In this document: piece by piece, positions 40,303 to 50,868 of the stretch
How positions within the stretch are numbered: position 1 is the first letter of the stretch
Layout: the number at the start of each line of letters is the position of its first letter
NCBI GenBank assembly: GCA_963793265.1
Contig: CAWBZI010000001.1
Span: forward strand, 1-64,000
Source: an uncultured cyanobacterium
Lineage (GTDB): Bacteria > Cyanobacteriota > Cyanobacteriia > Phormidesmidales > Phormidesmidaceae
DNA: 64,000 nt
Reading direction: 5' to 3'
Made by a program: the position numbers and the translations under genes
The notes under the pieces: generated by a model
Database searches by the model: none
What the model was told of the DNA's origin: nothing
Seen by the model: only the letters and a program-made list of their open reading frames with translations

Positions 40303-41404
40303 AAAGTCGATAATACCAACCTCTACGGCGACGTGTCTTGGCCTAGAAGAAAGCCGAGAGAAAATAAGCACAATTCTGGCAGCAGACGGCGCAGATGTTG
40401 GCGTCTCTGCCGAGTTCAGACAAATTCGCTCCAAGTTCGACGTGCACACATTTGAGCAGGTGCCCTCAACGAATGCAAAGCTGTGGGAGATGATAGCGCA
40501 GGGGGCCAAGGCGGGAACTGTTGCGATCGCCCAGTCTCAATCTTCTGGCAAAGGCCAGCGCGGACGATTCTGGCAATCAGATCCTGGCGGACTCTATCTT
40601 TCATTAGCCCTAGAGCCCGACTGGCCCGTTACCCACAGCGCCCAGCTCACCTGCATTAGCGCCTGGGGCATCGCCACCGCCTTTAATAACCTTGGCCTAC
40701 CCATTCAAATCAAATGGCCCAATGACTTATATTTCCAGGGCAAAAAATTAGGCGGCATCTTAACAGAGACAAAACTGGCACCCGCCACATCTGTTACATC
40801 CGCGCTCGGCGATCGCACCAAAGCCCCGCCCCGCATAAAACAGGCCGTTATCGGCGTCGGCATTAACTGGCACAACGCAGTGCCCTCAACCGGCATCACA
40901 CTGGCACAAATACTAAAGCAAATGCCCGAGAGCACCGCCAAAAACAAAATAAATTGTTTAGAGATGCTAGCCGCGCTCGTCCTTAAGGGAATTCTTCAGG
41001 GGTACTTCTTCCAGCAGCGGGTAGGCAGTCAAGATTTCATGAAGGTCTACTCAAATTTACTGACACAGGTCGGCAGCACTGTTTTATTAGAAAGTAACTT
41101 ACGTTACCCTTATGTTCTCCGTGCTTCTGATGTCAGTATTACTGAAGAAGAGCCTTCAAAGTCCGTCCAAGCAGAGGAAAGCGCTCAGTTGGCCCTTAGT
41201 CAATCGGAACTAAGCCAATTGAAAAACCGTTCCGGAGAAGTGATAGGCGTCTCAGAAGAGGGTTACCTACAGGTCGCGATATCTCGCGCCCGAGCTAGCC
41301 CGATACGAGATAGGCCGCCAGATAGCGCAGTACCAGATTGCGTTGCGCAAGGATGTATCAAAGATATCTTGCTGATTAAACCGAGTGAGATTCACATAAG
41401 TTAA
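40274..41404 (+). CDS. birA: Biotin--[acetyl-CoA carboxylase] ligase (start uncertain)
   Basis: STN, GKGQRGRFW, IKWPNDL, KLGGILTE, GVGIN. Confidence 0.88.
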   Translation: MVRGGRLVIIKSIIPTSTATCLGLEESREKISTILAADGADVGVSAEFRQIRSKFDVHTFEQVPSTNAKLWEMIAQGAKAGTVAIAQSQSSGKGQRGRFWQSDPGGLYLSLALEPDWPVTHSAQLTCISAWGIATAFNNLGLPIQIKWPNDLYFQGKKLGGILTETKLAPATSVTSALGDRTKAPPRIKQAVIGVGINWHNAVPSTGITLAQILKQMPESTAKNKINCLEMLAALVLKGILQGYFFQQRVGSQDFMKVYSNLLTQVGSTVLLESNLRYPYVLRASDVSITEEEPSKSVQAEESAQLALSQSELSQLKNRSGEVIGVSEEGYLQVAISRARASPIRDRPPDSAVPDCVAQGCIKDILLIKPSEIHIS

Positions 41405-41440
41405 TATTGATTGATTGGGATTATTTTTAGGTTATTGACT

Positions 41441-43465
41441 ATGACTGCGCCCCAGCATACTGCTCAGCCAAAAGCAGATCAAAGCGACCTGTCTTCTGTA
41501 GAAGACAAGTCCTCTACTAACAAGGTCAGCTCGCCCAACAGCTACCCGCAACAAAGGTGCTGGTTTATGGCCTTAGGGCTGCTAGGTGGCTTTGGCTTTG
41601 TCGCTGGTCAAGTAAGCTTTGCCCATGCTGAAGGCGACTTCTTAGTCAACGACTACGCCCTGAGCACTGAAAGTGCGAATCATTCAGTCGCAGACACTAC
41701 CTTTTCAATTTCTGAGTCTGCGCCTATTTCACAGCCCATACCCAATGCCTTCGTTGAAGTAGCACCGGCTCCGGGCGTGGCTGCTGAAACCTTTACGCCA
41801 GCACCCACGCCCGCGCCAGCACCGGCACCCGCCTACGTTCCCCCGGCACCTACCCCAGCGCCAGTCGTTGTAGCCGCGCCCACGCCCGCACCGCCCGTTC
41901 AGGTAGCCACACCCGTTGCCCCATCGGCCCCCGAGCCCTCTATCACCATCGAAATAGAGCCTGCCCAGAACGTGCAACCCGCCGTTACGCCCGTTGCCAG
42001 GCCCACCTTTACAACAGCCAACAGAACAGCCAACAGAACAGCCAGAAAGCCCACACCGAAGAAGACAGCGCGTCTTAATAATCGGCTAGTCGGTATGACA
42101 GAAGCAGGTGCCCTGGCCATCCCCTTCTCTAACTACATGACGCACAGCGGTGCGGTTGCCGCTGTCACTGCGCCCAGTCGTGGGCCTATTAGCCGTAGCG
42201 CAGCCACCCTAGGCGTTGTTGAAGTATCGGCCAGAGATATCGGTACGCTGGTAGCTACAGGTGATTTGACGGATGAGCTAGCGATAGAGGCCGCACCTGT
42301 AGAGGCTGCGCCTGCCGTTCCTGACTTTTTACCCGAGCAAATGGAAACGGCTGCGCCCCCGATTGTAGATATCGCGCCAGTTGCTGAAGAGATTGTGCCG
42401 GTTAGGCCCGCAGATAGCGTGCCGGTTGCGCTGCCTGAAGGCACTGGCCTGCCTGAAGAATACAACAGCATTTTTGTTGATCCTACTGACTACAGCGTCG
42501 GCGCAACGCAGTCGCCTGATGTGGTCGTTTCTGAGCAGTCTACAGGCTGTGAGTTTACGATAGGCGGTGGTCAGGGTGTGCCTAATGGAGCCTGCGGGAC
42601 AAGCCTGCCGACTGCACCTGCGCCTGCGCCCGTTGCTCAAGGCAATCAGCAGGCTCCGGTAGCAGCTGCCAGTGCCCCAGCGGCGACTGGCTATCACGAA
42701 CAGTCGCCAGTCGCCAGCAGCAGCTATAGTCAACCGGCTGTTAATGTCGGGCCAGTCAGCTTTAGCACGTCAGGCATCCGGTTTAATAGCTCAACGACAG
42801 CAGCCGGTCGCGAATATCTCAATCGCTCCGTACGTCCGCTGGTCAACCTTCAGGCGGCTCAGCAGTTTATTTTCCCGCTGGCAGTGCCATCTCCAATTAC
42901 GTCATTGTTTGGCTTTAGAATTCACCCAATTACGGGCACACGGCGGTTTCACGCCGGTACTGATATTGGCGCGGAGCAAGGTACGCCCGTACTAGCAGCT
43001 CAAGACGGTAAGGTGGTTACGGCTGACTATGCTGGTGGCTATGGCTTGATGGTGGTATTAGACCATTTGGTTGAAGACACAGAGTTACAGAGCCGCTATG
43101 CTCACCTTTCAGATATTTTGGTAGAGCCTGGTGCAGACGTGAAAAAAGGCGAAGTGATTGGGCTAGTCGGCAGTACGGGCAACTCGACAGGGCCTCACCT
43201 GCACTTTGAAATGCTGCAAAATACCGCTGATGGCTGGGTGCTGGTGAACGCTGACGGTCTGGTACAGAATTCTTTGGCTAATTTGGTCAAAGCGCTGAAC
43301 AATCCCGTGCAGGCATTCAAGCTAGCTGATCTCACGATGAACTTGCGATCGCTTAATCAGACCTCAGCACCGTCTCAGCCAGGCATAACAACTTCGCCAG
43401 TCTTGAATGATTTACCCGGACAAAACGGTGTGCCCTTCCGTCCAGCGCAGCCTAATGCTAGCTAG
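41441..43465 (+). CDS. M23 family metallopeptidase with a long Pro/Ala-rich N-terminal region
   Basis: ITSLFGFRIHP, HAGTD, YAHL, STGPHLHFE. Confidence 0.9.
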   Translation: MTAPQHTAQPKADQSDLSSVEDKSSTNKVSSPNSYPQQRCWFMALGLLGGFGFVAGQVSFAHAEGDFLVNDYALSTESANHSVADTTFSISESAPISQPIPNAFVEVAPAPGVAAETFTPAPTPAPAPAPAYVPPAPTPAPVVVAAPTPAPPVQVATPVAPSAPEPSITIEIEPAQNVQPAVTPVARPTFTTANRTANRTARKPTPKKTARLNNRLVGMTEAGALAIPFSNYMTHSGAVAAVTAPSRGPISRSAATLGVVEVSARDIGTLVATGDLTDELAIEAAPVEAAPAVPDFLPEQMETAAPPIVDIAPVAEEIVPVRPADSVPVALPEGTGLPEEYNSIFVDPTDYSVGATQSPDVVVSEQSTGCEFTIGGGQGVPNGACGTSLPTAPAPAPVAQGNQQAPVAAASAPAATGYHEQSPVASSSYSQPAVNVGPVSFSTSGIRFNSSTTAAGREYLNRSVRPLVNLQAAQQFIFPLAVPSPITSLFGFRIHPITGTRRFHAGTDIGAEQGTPVLAAQDGKVVTADYAGGYGLMVVLDHLVEDTELQSRYAHLSDILVEPGADVKKGEVIGLVGSTGNSTGPHLHFEMLQNTADGWVLVNADGLVQNSLANLVKALNNPVQAFKLADLTMNLRSLNQTSAPSQPGITTSPVLNDLPGQNGVPFRPAQPNAS

Positions 43466-43498
43466 TCAAAACTTAGCAAAAGCGAATGGCTTTTTCGT

Positions 43499-43933
43499 AT
43501 GGCTTTCTCGTACGCTCGGGTGATTCGGTTTCATGAAACGGATGCAGCAGGCGTTGTGTATTTTGCGCGCCTGCTGACGCTGTGTCATGAAGCTTATGAA
43601 GCCTCTCTAGCGGCAGTAGGTATAGATTTGCGCGCGTTCTTTTCGAGTGCGGATGGCGTAGCGGTGCCAGTGGTACGGGCAGAGGCTGATTTTCTGCAGC
43701 CGATTTTTTGTGGTGATGTGATCGCTATCTCCCTCACGCCAAAACAGCTCAGCCCTCACAGCTTCGAAATTGCCTACACCATCACCAAAGCCGACAGCCC
43801 AAAGCCATTAGCCCAGGCGGCAACCCGGCACGTTTGTATCCGCACAGATAAAGCAGAAGGCGCTAGGCGTCGTCGGCCCCTAACGGCTGCGCTGGAAGAT
43901 TGGATAAACGATCTATCAAAGTCCGACGATTGA
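43499..43933 (+). CDS. 4HBT-like thioesterase, probably DHNA-CoA thioesterase
   Basis: IRFHETDAAGVVYFA..CHEAYE; convergent with menE. Confidence 0.8.
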   Translation: MAFSYARVIRFHETDAAGVVYFARLLTLCHEAYEASLAAVGIDLRAFFSSADGVAVPVVRAEADFLQPIFCGDVIAISLTPKQLSPHSFEIAYTITKADSPKPLAQAATRHVCIRTDKAEGARRRRPLTAALEDWINDLSKSDD

Positions 43934-45291
43934 GCTTGCCTTGAGCATTACGGGGCAAAGCGGCTAAGGGCACCCAGTACTTTGGGTGTTTATATCGGCT
44001 GAGGGCGGGCGTAGATTTGGTCGAAGGCGCGGACGGGGAATTCATTAGAGATAGTTTCAGGCTTTCTATACAGACGCTTTCATCGGTAGGAACGTAGGCT
44101 GCGGTAACGGCTTCTCCCCATTCAGGATGTGGCAGACCGAGCACACACACATCTTTAACCAGGCCAGTGCTGCGCAAGGCCGCTTCGACTTCGGCTGGAA
44201 AAATATTCTCGCCGCCGCTGATGATTTTACCGCTGGCTCTGCCCGTGACGTGTAAGTGTCCGTTGTCATCTAGGTAGCCGAGGTCGTCTGTGTAAAAGGT
44301 GTCGGCGTCTGAACTGTCGGCGATCGGAGGCTTTGCCAGTGCGGCTGAACGGATAGCGATCGCCCCAACTTCACCCGGCAATGCCATCCGTCCATTTTTA
44401 AGAATCTGAATCGTGGCATGGGAGAGCGATCGCCCACTGCTCAAGCGTCCTCGCAAAAAATCATCAGGACTCAACGCACTCACCATAGCCGCCGTCTCAG
44501 TCATGCCATATGAAAGGCACAAAGGAATTTGTAAAGCGCTAGCCTGTTCTAACAAAGTCGGCCAGGCAGGCGCGCCCCCCAATAAAACGGCCCTGAACTG
44601 GTTAAGCCAAGCGCCTTTACCCGAGCGAATCAATCGCTCAAGCTGCGTAGGTACCAGGGAAATAAACCAGCCTTTATAGTCGTGAGGGAGAGCATCAGCC
44701 GCTTCTAACTGCTTAAAAGGCGCAATTCTCACCTGCGCATTGCTCACCCAGGCTCGCAAGATTTGCATTAGCCCGCTCACGTGATAGACCGGCAGCACGC
44801 AGTAGGTATTAACAGGGCAGCCTTCAGGGGTGAAAAACTGTTGAAATCCGCTGACTGAAGACATCAGGCTCGCCCAGGTATGATAGGCAAATTTAATCTG
44901 GCCGCTACTCCCACCAGTAGGAATGAGAATGGCAGATTCCGAAAAGTTCACTAGGCTCCGCAGCAGGCGCATCAAAGACCGCTGAACATTTACCCCATAC
45001 AAGATCTGGCGCGATCAGCTGACTGACGGACTGCCATTCCTGATAGCCCCACTGTGAATTGGCAAAAGCGACGTTCCATCCTGCTAACAATGCAGCTAGA
45101 AAGCAGGCTAAAAACGTGGCTGAATCGGGTTCGGCAATGAGAACTAAGGGTGAAGTTGAAGAGCTGGGATGACTTTCGAGCTGATGGCGGCGATCGCGCA
45201 CCTCTTCAAACCAGTCCTCTCCTTGATTCTCTAAAATTAGCCAATCTTGCCTCAACTGCGCCCATAGCACCTGCGGATCTGGCGCTAACAT
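43863..45291 (-). CDS. menE: 2-succinylbenzoate--CoA ligase; frameshift near 44950-45000
   Basis: PTGGSSGQIK, SLVPTQL, YGMTET, TDDLG, GGENIFP, GKLNR. N-terminal part is in ORF 44905-45312. Confidence 0.88.
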
Positions 45292-46289
45292 CTCGGACGT
45301 AGCCGCTGCCACAGCGCCTCCCAGTCAGGATCGTCTAGCCCATCATTCGGCAACCACTGCTGCGTACCCAAGCCCATCACCCGATGCGGCGCATTCGGTA
45401 GCACATCCGCAATTTCCAACGTCAAATCAATCAGCGCCTGGCGACCAATGTCCGTCTCAAAAACAGACGACACCACAACATCAATCGGATAGTCGGCGCA
45501 AAACTGCTTGAGCCGACTGGGCGATCCTAAAATCGCCGCCTTGATTACATAAATGCCGCGCCAGCCGCGAAAATAGTGGGACTTAAGCTGCTCAAGCGTC
45601 GTCACTGACTCGTCTAAGGCAATCGGCGTCTGGTAGCGGTGGGCGAGCTTGACTAGATCATCAAAGTGACTAGGGGGTAGCGGCTGCTCAATAAACTCAA
45701 TGCGGTGGCCGAGGCGATCGCACTGATCGAGCCAGCGATGTGCCGCTAGCTCATCAAGCCCACCGTTGGCATCAAGCCGTAACTTTGCCCCCAGCGGCAA
45801 TTGCGCCATCAGCCGATGCAGCCAGGCCAGCTCAACGGCTACCGGAGCCACCCCAATTTTCCACTTAAACGTGCGATGACCTAACGCCCAAAGCGTCGGC
45901 CAGGCAGAGAGCGCCGCCTGCCCGGTCGGCAGCAGGGCGCTGTACTGATCGGTTTCTAACTCAGCGGTGAGATGACCCGTCGTCAAATTACGAGCCAGGT
46001 TATTCAGGGCTACTTCAAAGCCAAACTTGCAAGCTGGTAGCGTCGGCAGTATGGCAAACACATTATGCTCCGAAAGCCGCTGCGGAAGCTGCATACAAAA
46101 AGAAACTGCCTGCGCCTGAGTTTCGGTGCCAAACCAGGGTAGGGGCGCAATCTCACCAAAGCCAATGCACCCACGATCATCAGTGAATTTTAAAATGATG
46201 CCTTCACGATATTTCCAGGCCCCATGGCTGGTTTTGAGCGTTCGACGAAACGGTCGCCGGTAAGCGCGAAACTCAAAGCGGTAGGCCAT
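45285..46289 (-). CDS. menC: o-succinylbenzoate synthase
   Basis: GEIAPLPWFG, FKWKIG, LRLDANG, EFIEQP, ALDES. Confidence 0.93.
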   Translation of the reverse strand: MAYRFEFRAYRRPFRRTLKTSHGAWKYREGIILKFTDDRGCIGFGEIAPLPWFGTETQAQAVSFCMQLPQRLSEHNVFAILPTLPACKFGFEVALNNLARNLTTGHLTAELETDQYSALLPTGQAALSAWPTLWALGHRTFKWKIGVAPVAVELAWLHRLMAQLPLGAKLRLDANGGLDELAAHRWLDQCDRLGHRIEFIEQPLPPSHFDDLVKLAHRYQTPIALDESVTTLEQLKSHYFRGWRGIYVIKAAILGSPSRLKQFCADYPIDVVVSSVFETDIGRQALIDLTLEIADVLPNAPHRVMGLGTQQWLPNDGLDDPDWEALWQRLRPRC

Positions 46290-46295
46290 GTGCAG

Positions 46296-47363
46296 CTACC
46301 CCGCGCTCGGGCCGAACGGCATTGGGGCCGCTGAAACTAATAGACCTAGCACCAGCAGCAGCCCGCTCCAAAGGTGAAAGCGAATGGCCAAAAATTTGGC
46401 GTTGCTAATGCGTTTGGGCCGATCGTGAAACCGCAGCACATGCCTGCACAAACGCAGGGCAGCAGGCGCACTGCCCCATATCAGTATTACGCCCCAGGGG
46501 AGCCCGCCTAGCAGCATTGCCACTGCCGAAACTACGAACACACCTGCGCAGGCTAAGGGCAAAAGCTGCGAGCCTCTGCGAGTGCCGAGCCGCACAATGG
46601 GCGATTTCTTCCCAGCTTTCAGGTCGTCTTCAACCTGATGAAAATGGGAGCAAAAAAGCACTAGCGTCGTTGCAATGCCGACAATTGTTGCCGCCGGTAG
46701 CAGCGGCGTTTGCCAGCTCCAAACCAACGTCGAGCCAGCGGTAGAATCAACCTGCCAGCTTCGTGCTTGCGCGTAGTAAGCGGCCCCTACAGCTAAAGGG
46801 CCAAAGCTGAAAAAACACAAAATTTCTCCAAGCCCCTGATAGCCCAGGCGGAAAGGAGGCCCCTGATATAGGTAGCCGAGTGCGCAGCAGGCCAGCACCA
46901 TCGTTAGTACGGTGGCATCGTTTTGCCAGAAGGCGATCGCAACAATACCCGCAATCCCTAGCAGCAAAGCGGCATTCCCAACCCAAAAAATTAGCGAGCG
47001 ATTGCGGGTGAGATTCACCAAAGAATGGTGCTTGTTTTTATCAATGCCAGTCGCGGCGTCAAACACGTCATTACTGAGATTTTCCCAAACCAGTAGCAGC
47101 ACTGCTGAAAGCGCAAATGTCGCAAATATGCCAAAGCGGAACGCGCCCGTTTGAGCGTAGGCCACCGCGCTACCCACACAAATTGGCATCACCGCCACGC
47201 AGTACATCGGCGGCTTAATTGCAGCCATCCATAGCTTAGAACGGTCAGGCGCGCGATCAGATACGCGACCAGGTGGCAAAACGGCTTCGCCAAGCTGTTG
47301 GGAATGCCTGCTGAGAAGGGTATTCGATGACGCCTGACGAGGCTTGGCCGTTTGAATGGTCAT
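46296..47363 (-). CDS. menA: DHNA phytyltransferase
   Basis: AAIKPPMY, NDVFDA.TGID, YQGPPFRLGY, DLKAGK. Confidence 0.93.
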   Translation of the reverse strand: MTIQTAKPRQASSNTLLSRHSQQLGEAVLPPGRVSDRAPDRSKLWMAAIKPPMYCVAVMPICVGSAVAYAQTGAFRFGIFATFALSAVLLLVWENLSNDVFDAATGIDKNKHHSLVNLTRNRSLIFWVGNAALLLGIAGIVAIAFWQNDATVLTMVLACCALGYLYQGPPFRLGYQGLGEILCFFSFGPLAVGAAYYAQARSWQVDSTAGSTLVWSWQTPLLPAATIVGIATTLVLFCSHFHQVEDDLKAGKKSPIVRLGTRRGSQLLPLACAGVFVVSAVAMLLGGLPWGVILIWGSAPAALRLCRHVLRFHDRPKRISNAKFLAIRFHLWSGLLLVLGLLVSAAPMPFGPSAG

Positions 47364-47546
47364 AAAGTCCGCAGTGTAAAAGCTCAGGGAACCAGCATAG
47401 CCTTTTGCACATAGGCGCTTGGCCGATGGCAAAAAAACTCAAAGGTTAGCCAAAGACTTTTCGTCGAGATCGATTAGATAAGAGTTTCTTCGGTCATTTT
47501 GTCAAGTTCTCTGCTACAGTGCAGTGCGACTATCTGGCTCAAGCGC

Positions 47547-49334
47547 ATGGAAGACTCAGCAACCACAAAAACGGCTCAGCCCACTAAGTTTGGGTTAAAG
47601 TCGCTGACAAAGCTACCTAAGCTGGTGACCTTTGGCGCTGCTTTTTTGCTAGCAGGTGGCGCTATTGCCTATCTCAATTTTGTCCAGCGCGCCCCTCGTA
47701 GCCTCTCCCCGGCAGGCACGCAGCTCGTGCCCCAAACGGCTTTGGCGACCATGACTATCACCACCGACGAGCTGACTTGGACAAAGCTGCGGCAGTTTGG
47801 CACCGAAGAAAGCCAGCAGCAGTTTGACGGTGTGCTCAGCCAGTGGAAAGACCTTTTATTTACGGATAATGGCTATAGCTTTAAGCGCGATATTAAGCCC
47901 TGGATAGGCGATCGCGTCACGCTAGCCATGCTCAAAGGCAAACCAACCGCCGATAGTTCCTTAGCAGGCATAGAAACCACCCTGCAAAACCTGGTTCTTG
48001 TCGTACCCATTAACGATCCGCTCAAGGCAAAAACACTCATTGGCGAAGGCCCTAAAAGCTCAGAGGTCACTTGGGAAGATCGCACCTACAAAGGCATATC
48101 GGTTAAAACAATTCAGTCGAAAGCAGGCGCTGCCGTTGAGTCAGCAGTAATTGGCAGCGACTGGCTATTGCTCAGCAACTCTACAGAAGGCATAGAGCAG
48201 GCGATTGATACGCATAAAGGCGGTCGCTCCTTGCTAGACGTATCGGGCTATCGTAAGGCGGCGCTGCGCATTGAATCTCCGCAGCCACCCGGCAAAAACT
48301 TCGCCCAGGTTTATCTCAATATTCCGGTAGCTACCGAAGCGCTAGGGTCACCTGTGTCTAACGCGCGGGGCAGTATTGTTCCGCTCCAAGGATCGCAAGG
48401 CTTAGTCGCAACCGCTCTGATTGAGCCCGAAGGCGTACGTTTTCAGGGCACAAGCTGGCTGGCTCCCAAAAACGATTTGGCCTACAGCAGCATGAGTAAC
48501 GAGGCCAGTGAAATGCCGCGTCGGCTGCCCGATGACACGTTAATCATGATGTCAGGCAGCAATCTTCAGCAGTTCTGGCGCGGCTTTAGAGAAGAAAACA
48601 GCTCGCCACCTTTCTTCCCTAATCCGCAGAACCTGGAGTCTGGCCTGCTGACGCAAACGGGTTTGGATTTGAACGAAGACATCATGCCCTGGGCCGCAGG
48701 TGAGTTTGCAGTGGGGCTACTGCCACCCGAGCTAGCCGCAGGCTCAGCAGAAGATCCTGACGAACCAGCAGAGATTGAGCCGATTGAGCCGGAGGGCGAT
48801 GAATCGACGATTGAGCCCACGATGGAGAGTGCGCCGCTGATGATTATGGTGCAAACCAACGACCGTAAGACGGCAGAGTCGGTGTGGGCGCAGCTTGACG
48901 ATGTGATGGTGAGCCGGTATCGGTATCAGGTTGAAACCGAAGAGGTTGAAGGCGGTTCGGTAACGCGATGGGTGTCGCCTTTTCAAGGGGTGCAGTTCAG
49001 CCATGGCTGGCTACCGGGGAACGTGACCTTTTTTGCGGTGGGCAGCGGTGCAGCTGAGGCGATCGCCCCCAGTCCTGAAAAGTCACTCGCTGAAACCCGT
49101 CAGTTTCAAACCCTCACCCGTCAGGCCCCACAGCCCAACAACGGCCACTTCTTTTTAGATCTGGCTCAAATTAATGCCTTAGACGGCGCGGTTTTCCCAC
49201 TGCCTGAACTGCCTGAAGAAGGCGCGACAAGAGCGATTCAGGCGATTGGAATGACGGCTACGGTGGGCGATCGCAACATGGACTACGACCTCTATGTAAA
49301 GTTAGCCAAAGCCGCCAAGCCAGCGCCACTTTAG
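47547..49334 (+). CDS. DUF3352-like membrane-anchored protein
   Basis: N-terminal TM; repeated DIKPWIG / DIMPWAAGEFA motifs. Confidence 0.7.
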   Translation: MEDSATTKTAQPTKFGLKSLTKLPKLVTFGAAFLLAGGAIAYLNFVQRAPRSLSPAGTQLVPQTALATMTITTDELTWTKLRQFGTEESQQQFDGVLSQWKDLLFTDNGYSFKRDIKPWIGDRVTLAMLKGKPTADSSLAGIETTLQNLVLVVPINDPLKAKTLIGEGPKSSEVTWEDRTYKGISVKTIQSKAGAAVESAVIGSDWLLLSNSTEGIEQAIDTHKGGRSLLDVSGYRKAALRIESPQPPGKNFAQVYLNIPVATEALGSPVSNARGSIVPLQGSQGLVATALIEPEGVRFQGTSWLAPKNDLAYSSMSNEASEMPRRLPDDTLIMMSGSNLQQFWRGFREENSSPPFFPNPQNLESGLLTQTGLDLNEDIMPWAAGEFAVGLLPPELAAGSAEDPDEPAEIEPIEPEGDESTIEPTMESAPLMIMVQTNDRKTAESVWAQLDDVMVSRYRYQVETEEVEGGSVTRWVSPFQGVQFSHGWLPGNVTFFAVGSGAAEAIAPSPEKSLAETRQFQTLTRQAPQPNNGHFFLDLAQINALDGAVFPLPELPEEGATRAIQAIGMTATVGDRNMDYDLYVKLAKAAKPAPL

Positions 49335-49537
49335 AGGCACTAAAGGGGCAACAGGCGAGGAAACAGCGAGTTATTTTGCCAAATCTCAGCATGTAGAATG
49401 GTATCGATCTTTACGTAAATATGCCAACCGAATCAGGACAGCTACTATTCTCTGATAAACTCGATGGTGGCCCGCAAGAGAATTAAAGACTCTTTTAACA
49501 TCGGCTATATTCGGCAGTTTGGAGGAATAAATATCCC

Positions 49538-50575
49538 GTGGAAACCACCCTCGGATTAGAGATTATTGAAGTCGTCGAGCAGGCAGCGATCGCATCTGCC
49601 CGCTGGATGGGTAAAGGCGAGAAAGACATTGCTGACGAAGTAGCTGTAGAAGCTATGCGTGAGCGCATGAACAAAATTCACATGCGCGGCAAGATCGTAA
49701 TTGGTGAAGGCGAACGCGACGACGCACCCATGCTCTACATCGGTGAGGAAGTTGGCATCTGCACACAGCCCGATGCTGACAAGGTTTGCACCCCTGACGA
49801 GCTGATCGAAATTGACATTGCCGTAGACCCTTGCGAAGGCACCAACCTTTGCGCCTATGGTCAGCCTGGATCTATGGCCGTGCTCGCCATTTCAGAAAAA
49901 GGCGGTCTGTTCGCAGCCCCCGACTTCTACATGCGCAAGCTCGCTGCCCCTCCGGCTGCAAAAGGCAAAGTAGACATCAACAAGTCACCCGCTGAAAACC
50001 TCAAGATTTTGGGCGAGTGCTTAGAGCGCGGCGTAGACGAGCTAGTCGTGATTGTCATGAAGCGCGAGCGTCACAACGATTTGATCAAAGAGATCCGCGA
50101 TGCCGGTGCCCGCGTTCGCCTAATTAGCGACGGCGACGTTTCTGCCGCGATTTCCTGTGGCTTTGAAGGCACGAACGTTCATGCCCTGATGGGTATTGGC
50201 GCAGCGCCTGAAGGCGTGATTTCGGCAGCAGCTATGCGCTGCTTGGGCGGTCACTTCCAAGGTCAGCTCATTTACGATCCTGCGGTTGTGAAAACGGGTT
50301 TGATTGGCGAAAGCAAAGAGGCTAACCTTGAGCGTTTGTCTTCGATGGGCATCAACGATCCTGACAAGATTTATACTGCTGAAGAGCTTGCCAACGGTCA
50401 GAACGTCTTGTTTGCAGGCTGCGGCATTACGCCCGGTACGCTCATGAACGGCGTTCGCTTCTTTAACGGCGGCTACCGCACTCAGAGTTTGGTTATCTCT
50501 AGCCAGTCTAAAACGGCTCGCTTTGTTGATACCGTTCACATGGGCGGCAATCCTAAGCGTGTGAATTTGGTTTAA
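49538..50575 (+). CDS. glpX: Class II fructose-1,6-/sedoheptulose-1,7-bisphosphatase
   Basis: [44 protein letters not shown]. Confidence 0.97.
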   Translation: METTLGLEIIEVVEQAAIASARWMGKGEKDIADEVAVEAMRERMNKIHMRGKIVIGEGERDDAPMLYIGEEVGICTQPDADKVCTPDELIEIDIAVDPCEGTNLCAYGQPGSMAVLAISEKGGLFAAPDFYMRKLAAPPAAKGKVDINKSPAENLKILGECLERGVDELVVIVMKRERHNDLIKEIRDAGARVRLISDGDVSAAISCGFEGTNVHALMGIGAAPEGVISAAAMRCLGGHFQGQLIYDPAVVKTGLIGESKEANLERLSSMGINDPDKIYTAEELANGQNVLFAGCGITPGTLMNGVRFFNGGYRTQSLVISSQSKTARFVDTVHMGGNPKRVNLV

Positions 50576-50583
50576 GTAGCCTC

Positions 50584-50616
50584 TTTCTCGGGCGTAGCAT
50601 GTCTATGCCCGAGAAA
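50584..50616. repeat. REP-like palindrome after glpX
   Basis: TTTCTCGGGCGTAG-CATGT-CTATGCCCGAGAAA. Confidence 0.6.
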
Positions 50617-50626
50617 ATGACACAGG

Positions 50627-50672
50627 GCGCAAAAAGAGACTTCGGAACTAATCCAAAGTCTCTTTTTTGTGC
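50627..50672 (+). terminator. Intrinsic terminator of glpX
   Basis: AAAAAGAGACTT...AAGTCTCTTTTTT stem ending in a T-tract. Confidence 0.75.
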
Positions 50673-50868
50673 TGTTGGCTGATGTTTTCTAACTATTAAT
50701 TATTAAGCACTGTTCTATTCCTATCTCTTAAAATGGAGTTTTGTTGAGTTTTCTTGAGATAGCGCTTAGGTTATTTAATACTTTAGGAATAGGGGTGTTT
50801 GCCCCTTCACTATGAATAGAAGATTCTTCATTCGCAGAACTCTTTAGGAAGCCAAGAAGGAAGCCAAG

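Noticed and set aside
39910..40509. Long antisense overlap of DUF1823 and birA
   Set aside because: Artefact of upstream-extended starts; the conserved DUF1823 part starts near 40302.
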